From Eledone cirrhosa (lineage: Eukaryota): a DNA stretch of 64,000 nt. The notes under the pieces are model-generated. The model saw nothing but the letters and a program-made list of their open reading frames with translations, did no database searches and was not told the origin of the DNA. Location: the NCBI GenBank assembly GCA_964016885.1, contig OZ024745.1, forward strand, positions 124,744,001 through 124,808,000, in the 5' to 3' direction. This document shows positions 56,284 through 64,000 of the stretch, piece after piece; positions within the stretch are counted from its first letter, which is position 1; each line of letters starts with the position of its first letter. A program made the translations under genes and the position numbers.

Positions 56284-56580
56284 ATATTGTTATACTTGGG
56301 AAAAACAAAGGAAAGAATCCCCAGTCACTGAAGAGGTCACAGAATGTTTGACGAAAGAACTTTGACAATATATGAACAATCGTCTGGTTGTGGAACCAAT
56401 CAACCAAGCGGAAATTTATAAATTCCTAAATTTATAAATTTAATTTATAATAAATTGAAGTGAAAGCATCTGGTGCGTGTGTTTCTTATTGGCAACATGA
56501 CCCTCCCAAAGTATAACAATATCGGTTTCAACACACGTTTTCAGATAAAGAATCTTGCTAAACAAATTCAGAAACGAAAT
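56284..56580 (+). mobile_element. Solo Penelope pLTR with hammerhead (56324-56366) and short inverted 5' piece
   Basis: Matches 61165-61380: GTCA-CTGAAGA-GGTCA..TGAC-GAAA-GAAC-TT-TGAC. Confidence 0.8.
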
Positions 56581-56604
56581 ATATATATATATATATATAT
56601 ACAT

Positions 56605-56676
<72 letters not shown>

Positions 56677-56679
<3 letters not shown>

Positions 56680-56835
56680 ACGAAGGAAATATGGTAAGGA
56701 ACCAGATGGACCTTAACGCACCAAACTACTCAATACTTAGGGTAGTAGAGTTGGGTAATAGGAACAAGTAGGACCCCGACGGCAGAGCTCAAATTAGCCG
56801 TCAAAATGGCTTGAGCTCAGCCGACGGGGTCCTAC

Positions 56836-56840
<5 letters not shown>
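56677..56840 (-). mobile_element. GAGCTC-family fold-back insertion
   Basis: Tail on the minus strand at 56677-56762, then imperfect palindrome 56763-56840. Confidence 0.75.
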
Positions 56841-56918
<78 letters not shown>

Positions 56919-56929
56919 TATACATATAT

Positions 56930-57370
56930 GAGGCCGCATAACACTTGAATAGTAGGTAGTCTATATATACATATTTTATATATGGACTGCCTACACCCAA
57001 CACAAATGTTTTTTTACAGGCGGCCATTAAACATTTATTAGTAAGGTCGATTTCGGAAATCTTTTAAAGGACTGCTGGCCGACTATAATTCCATTGGCTG
57101 TTTATGAATGTATTATTAATCAGTGACTAGCACATTCTCCAAGGAATTTGAAAGAGTACTGAACTAGCTTAGACGTGGATTTTTGTATTCAAGCGGCCTT
57201 TTGTGTGCCAAACAAAGAGAATACCGGCTGTTTCAACTGATGATAAAGAGTTCCTATGTTAATATGTCAATAATTACACTTTCTTCATAGCTTAGGTTTC
57301 TGGCTGGTAATGTTGTGTTACAATTACTCCAATGTGTGTGCTTCAAATGAGACACTGGATACCGATCTAA
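56930..57370 (-). mobile_element. Possible highly decayed Penelope RT fragment
   Basis: MFNGRL*K..LGVGSPY..YIDYL resembles the F.G..Y.Q..G.AMGSP motif across a frameshift. Confidence 0.35.
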
Positions 57371-57636
57371 ACCATAATTATATATATATCATATATATAT
57401 TATATATATATTTTAAATAATATATATATATTATATTCTTTAAATGTATTTATATATAATGTATTTTATATATATATACCATGTATGTGTGTGTGCGTGT
57501 GTACTTGTGTATACATTTACATACACATACAAAAATACACACATATACTCTCTCGCTCTCTCTCTCACACACGCGCACACACTCACGCACACACACACAC
57601 ATATATATATATATATGTATATACATATATATATAA

Positions 57637-57758
<122 letters not shown>

Positions 57759-58777
57759 ATATGTATGACATCTATCATTGTTATTCAACCACAAATTTTA
57801 GGAAACTACATACTCTGGATTTGATCCGCAAACAGGTATGATTTTAGCATTCTCTGATATTTTATGGTTGAATCACATCTCAATATTAACTGGATCCGGT
57901 AGAAACGGACCTTTGTATTGCAATACATTTTCTATATTCATTGCTCTCTCTATGGGCTATGGAGTGAAATTATATTAAGCAATAACTGTATATTTATCGA
58001 TTTTTACCATAATATTATATATTTTTTACAAGTGTAAGTTACCAGCAGTTCTTATATTCATGTGTTATATTAGCATCATTTTATTTAACATCTTTTATAA
58101 TGTTGGAATAAATCTGATAATTCTGAGAATTTGTAATATAATGACATTAGCTCGCTTATTTCAAAACTATTTTCTCTTAAGTTTGTGCATTATGGAATGT
58201 CAATTATTCAATAATATATATATTATGTAAAATACAACAACGCAATTTTACACAAAACAATGTAATACTAGAAGAGTTACTCACGGATTATTGTGTTTAT
58301 AGATATTTATTGATATATAAAAACACCTATAGATATGAACCAAGAAACTACTCGATTACATTACTTTTTATAGTATACATAAATATTTTAATGAAGATTT
58401 TATGTATGTAAACTTAGAAATAATTCATTAACAAGCGAATAATTTCTAGAATACGTTCGCATTATGTGAGTAGAAGTATGTCTGTGCACATTTGACGTGT
58501 ATTCTTTTAAAATGTAGATGCTGGTGTATATTTGGGTATATTTGTAGTTTTATATAAGTTTATGAAGAAAATATTATATAACAGTAATATGAATTATCAT
58601 ATGTCGTTTTGATATTTATAAATATTTAATGTAAACAGTTAAAGCGAAGTGTTTGAAAGACATAACATGACTTTTACGTTTACTTAAAGTATATCAATAG
58701 CTGTATATTTTATCAGATCCACACCAAAATGTATTTAGCAACAGAAAATAACCGTCTTTATTTGGAATAACATTCAC

Positions 58778-58940
58778 AGTAAATGGTGTACTGTATCAAA
58801 TTAGTAGTTACTATCCAAATATCTGGAACACTGGCAGAGGTTTCAACATATAACAAATTGAAAAAGAAAAACAGTAAAATAACATGAAATTTCAGTTTGT
58901 ATGCAGTCATGAGCTCAATCTTTGACTTTACGTCTAACAT
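58778..58940 (-). other. Candidate first coding exon with signal-peptide-like sequence
   Basis: GCGCC-ATG context; MTAYKLKFHVILLFFFFNLLYVETSA|SVPD; possible phase-1 donor T|GTGAAT. Confidence 0.25.
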
Positions 58941-59603
58941 GGCGCCAATATTTTACCTCAAAGAATTATAGTGGATTCAATTATTTGTCTGTATCGGATT
59001 ACTCATAACCCGTTGTATGTTAGTGTCTCACTTAGAGCAATATGTAAGAGCATGGTGCCGAACTCGATCTAGGTTTTGAATAAAGATTTGATTTTGCAAA
59101 CACATTATTGAAGATGTACGATCTACATCACATAATCAAATTTCAGAAAAATGTAATCACCTACAATTGTTAACATTACATAATTTCAGCTTTCAACAAA
59201 GTATTTCTTTAACTCCAATACAAATTGGGAATTTAATATTTTGTAAATAACAACTGCTTTCTTCTTCCAGGCTATACAATCCTAGACCATATCAAGGAGT
59301 TTATTGATTACATGAAGATAGTGCCAGAGATAACTATATCTGCTTAACAAGAATTGAAATAGGAAATAGAAATAATATGCTATGATGAAATTAATCTCTA
59401 AGTTTAATTTTAAATTTCGATAAGACAGATATAGGACAGATGCCGTGTAAGGATCATATTCACTGCCTATAAACACAATCCAATAATTGAATAGATATAT
59501 ATCTATTAATAGAGAACGGAACGAATGATTTCTTCTATTTGATATTTTATTCTACCCATATCTTTAGGTTTATTTTTTTCTTTCTTTAATATTTTGTAAC
59601 ATA

Positions 59604-59770
59604 TCGTATTTCCCTGCGTCAAAGTCGCTACTTTTTACCTAAGATAAGTCTCAAAAATATACCATGCGTCCTGGAGTCCGAAGGTTGTCTATTATTTTTT
59701 TCAAATTTTTAGTTGTCAAAATTAGGGTGCATCCTCGAGGACGAAGCGTCTTCGGCGCCGGGAAATACAG
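59604..59770. mobile_element. pogo/Tigger-like MITE, 167 bp
   Basis: Imperfect TIRs of about 25 bp (TCGTATTTCCCTGCGTCAAAGTCGC / GCGTCTTCGGCGCCGGGAAATACAG) flanked by TA on both sides. Confidence 0.7.
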
Positions 59771-60097
59771 TATATAATATTATACTTTGACTGCCTCAGT
59801 AATTGATCTATCCCCATGATAGAACACCGTCTCTAAATTATCAGTCAAGAAAATCGACCCTATACACATTTCAGGTCATTACTTATCTAATCGATGAAGC
59901 TTTTGTTTTGGAAAGAGTCTGGGTGCTATATAAACGAGCATTGATGGGCATACATATTCAAATAAAATACGATGGCTTTTGCCCAGAGTTTCTGATAAAA
60001 TCGAATCAACAAATAATTGTGGACCATAACAAGAAATAACGCAAGCATTGAGATTGAAGTGAGACTCTCGTGGTTACAGAGCTATGTTCGTATCAGC

Positions 60098-61380
60098 TGA
60101 GTTTCGGTGGATCCACCGAAACTCAGCTGTTTCGGACCATACCAAAATCAACATACTGATTGCGGATTTGGTACGGGTGATGAGAAACGTGTACCGCATG
60201 TGCAACCCCGAAGAACTAGAGAGACACATACAACACTTCATCCACCGTATGCAGTTCTCTAGTTACAATCAGAGAGATAAAATCAGAGTGTATAGAGGAG
60301 CCAGAACCAAATGGGAAAAAATGGTAAATAATGACACAACTGGGAACTGCTCCTTGTATAGGAGCAAATTTTGGAATATAATAGAAAGAACTAGGAATAC
60401 GGATAATAGAATAAACTCATGGTATGATAGCAATAAATACCAGAGTGTAATGTTCATCAATACAACCCCTAGAGGTGAATTAGCTTACAAATTTAGAAGG
60501 GCCCTAGATAAACAATAACTCGATATTAAGATAGTAGAAAGACCAGGTACCTCCATAAAAACACTTATTAGCAAGACATACCCAATTCAAAGACCCCCCT
60601 GTATAGACAAGAAATGTATAACCTGTAAATTAAGCCCCCATATTAACTGTAAAACTAGAAATGTAGTATATAGCATAAGATGTACTGAAGGACAATGTGG
60701 AGATAAAAATATAGTGTACATAGGTGAGACAGCTCGTAGTGTAGGGGAACGGATAAATGAACACTGGCGAGACGTTCAAGATAGTAAATAATCATCTGTA
60801 CTCTACCAACATGCTAAAATAGAACATAAGGGTAAATTAGAGAACATAGAAATAAAAATAGAATCTACACACAGAAAAGACGCAATGTTTAGACAAATCA
60901 CAGAGGCAATAAACATAAAAGAATTACAACCAAAATTAAATAGAAAACATGAGTGGAACAGCAACATCACAACTTACAAGTAAGGACAACATGAAAACAC
61001 ACACGCACATAGAACAAACAACCAACCAGTAACATGTAAATAAACAAATAAATAAACGAATATAAACACACACAGACACCCGGATGTGGCGCATGCGCAG
61101 ACTCAGCACACAACACACACACAGAAACAAGATGGCGTAGGACAGAACAAAGGAGAGGCACAAAAACAAAGAAAAGAACCCCAGTCACTGAAGAGGTCAC
61201 AGAATGTGTGAGGAAAGAACTTTGACAATATATAAACAACCATCTGGTTGTGGAACCAACCAACCAACCGGAAATTTATAAATCCCTAAATTTATAAATT
61301 TATTATAATAAATTGAAGTGAAAGCAGCTGGTGCGTGTGTTTCTTATTGGCAACATGAACCTCCCAAAGTATAACAATAT
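60098..61380 (+). mobile_element. 5'-truncated Penelope-like element (RT thumb, Zn-finger linker, GIY-YIG, pLTR with hammerhead 61184-61226)
   Basis: One frame with two internal TAA stops: SVMFINTTPRGEL, IKIVERPG, C....C..C......C, NVVYSIRC....C...VYIGETARSVGERINEH, RQITEAINI...LNRKHEWN. Confidence 0.9.
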
Positions 61381-61459
61381 ATATATATATAAATATTTCT
61401 CACGAAGGAAACAGTTCTATTCCTGTAGAAGATTTTCTATATTAAATATATATGTGATT

Positions 61460-61718
61460 GTGCATGTGTGTGTGAGAGAGAGAAACAGAGAGAGAGGGGG
61501 GATGAGAGAAACATTTAGAGGTACAGTGAGCTATTATTTACTTACTATTGTACTATTAAGAAAAGAGAATAAAAAACGTAGATTTGTGATATTGAACATT
61601 ATTTCAAACACTGCTACCTTGTAGGTACATCATTATTACGTTTAGGGCATTACACATTATCACAACCATATCCAAACAAACACCAATGAACACACACACA
61701 CATACATATATATGTATA

Positions 61719-61803
<85 letters not shown>

Positions 61804-62032
61804 ATTGGTGTTTGTTTGGATATGGTTGTGATAATGTGTAATGCCCTAAACGTAATAATGATGTACCTACAAGGCAGCAGTGTTTGAAATAATGTTCAAT
61901 ATCACAAATCTACGTTTTTTATTCTCTTTTCTTAATAGTACAATAGTAAGCAAATAATAGCTCACTGTACCTCTAAATGTTTCTCTCATCCCCCCTCTCT
62001 CTCTCTGTCTCTCTCTCACACACACACATGCA
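61460..62032. repeat. Long inverted repeat, arms about 240 bp, centred on (CA)n-(TA)n-(TG)n
   Basis: ORFs 61331-61624 (+) and 61867-62061 (-) translate almost identically; only a few mismatches. Confidence 0.9.
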
Positions 62033-62287
62033 CATGCACAAATACATGCACACACACACATTCACACACCTGAATACACACAGGCAAACATGTATAATTT
62101 ATGTTGCTTAATTCGTCTAATTGCCAGGAATTTCGCCACCGCGTGAACGCTTATTCTTGACATGAAAATGAAACGTTCTAACTTGTTCGGGAAAAATTGC
62201 AGCAACAGGCTACTGGATCACCCTATTAAATATAATACTACACACTACTATGGTAGCGATTAATTTATCTTCTGTCCAATAAAAACC

Positions 62288-62435
<148 letters not shown>

Positions 62436-63126
62436 TTGTGTGTGTGTGTGCGTTCGCATGTGTGTGTGTGTGTGTATGTCCGTGTGTGTTTGTGTGTGTG
62501 TTTGTGTGTGTCCGTATATATGCATATTTGTATAATAGTGTCCGTATGCCTATGGTTGTATATATACACAGACAAAAACAGTCCTGGTTAATCTTTGTTG
62601 CCTTTTTATTTTCCATTCTTTACATTTTCTTCCCTTTATTTCCTCAGTCAATTTATCTAAGAAATTATTTGCCATGTGGTTGTTTGCGAAATATTTATAT
62701 CTTGAGTAATTTTAGAAGTATTCTTTCCATAATTCACAGAATAAATTCTTCAAACACCTTCAAACAAGTAACAGTAAACAGTCTCTATGCATATATGTAG
62801 AGATTAAAAGAGCAGCCTCTTTTTTTTCTTTCTTTTTACTTGGTTCTACCATTCCTTTCTTTAATACAGTCTGTTTCGCCTATTTTCCCATCATCTTTAT
62901 GCATGCAGAATAATATTAATAAAACACTCTTGTGCTAATATTTAAACTCAAAATTTCCTATTTCCTGTGAAGGAGATCTAATCTTAGAAATTATCCTTCG
63001 TCAAAAATTTAGTGGAAAATCGTCAGAATTTTATTTTTCATTTTCGTATTATTTTTATACTTCTGTCCCACAACAATATTCTTTCAGTATTCTCATATCA
63101 ATACCATATCCAATGGTATTAACGTG

Positions 63127-63173
<47 letters not shown>

Positions 63174-63177
<4 letters not shown>

Positions 63178-63410
63178 GGAGGTGAGTGTTATTGTAGCAC
63201 AATAAAGCAATGCAAATATCGGATAAGTAGCACTCTACAGTTAGTTGATTTAAAACTTCACTATTCACAAGTGTTTTTTAAGCTTCATATCATGTCTCCC
63301 TATTTTATCTGAACAGAACGCAGATATCATCCCATGATGATATTTGTTTTTGAAATGCGCATAATAAAATTCTTGGAACTCTTTTAACCATCTTTTGATC
63401 TTATATTATA
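63174..63410 (+). mobile_element. Diverged copy of the 27473 family: inverted tail plus core-mutated hammerhead (63303-63369)
   Basis: TTTTAT-CTGAACA-GAACGCAGATATCATC..GATGATATTTG..GAAA-TGCGCA-TA-ATAAAA. 63174-63245 is the reverse complement of about 27735-27806. Confidence 0.75.
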
Positions 63411-63502
63411 TATATATCTACATATGTATATATATATATAATACATACATCTACCTGTCTATCTATATATATGTGTGTGTGTGTGTATATATATATATAT
63501 AC

Positions 63503-63772
<270 letters not shown>

Positions 63773-64000
63773 ATATATATATATATATATATATTTGTGT
63801 GTGTGTATATACATACACATGCAAGCACACACAGCCATTTGTTTTCTCTTTCGCCCTCTCTTTCTCTATCTCTATGTAAGTTCATATATACGTTACGTCT
63901 GTATGAGAGTGCATGCGTACGTATGTGTGTGTGCATATGATTGTGTATGTATGTGAATAAACTTCAGCTAATTTGCAGACAAGATTAAATATCTTACTTT

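Noticed and set aside
60084-60983. Selenocysteine recoding in the Penelope ORF
   Set aside because: The internal stops in this copy are TAA, not TGA, and the cysteine positions are ordinary TGT/TGC codons.

Overview
Eukaryotic, AT-rich DNA saturated with microsatellites ((TA)n, (CA)n, (TATG)n, (CAT)n, (GGT)n). The SINE set and repeat landscape suggest an animal, plausibly a cephalopod mollusc (inference only). No intact, identifiable host gene is visible, and most ORFs in the track are microsatellite translations. The window is mostly decayed retroelements: Tx1/L1, a near full-length RTE/BovB-like LINE with short non-autonomous derivatives, CRE, R4/Dong, Vingi-like, several Penelope-like (PLE) fragments, tRNA-derived SINEs and a pogo/Tigger-like MITE. 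The main signal outside the ORF track is about 20 complete or decayed type I hammerhead ribozyme (HHR) motifs from roughly ten sequence families. They include a 466-bp tandem array (28504-30121) with an intact minimal HHR in each unit, which is a retrozyme-like, potentially circular-RNA-producing element, and a second 530-nt terminally redundant HHR monomer. Many fold-back palindromes have their inversion point in or next to a ribozyme. A 3.1-kb GGT-based minisatellite could encode a Thr-rich mucin-like exon on the minus strand, but support is weak. All folds and alignments were done by eye, and boundaries of decayed elements are approximate.
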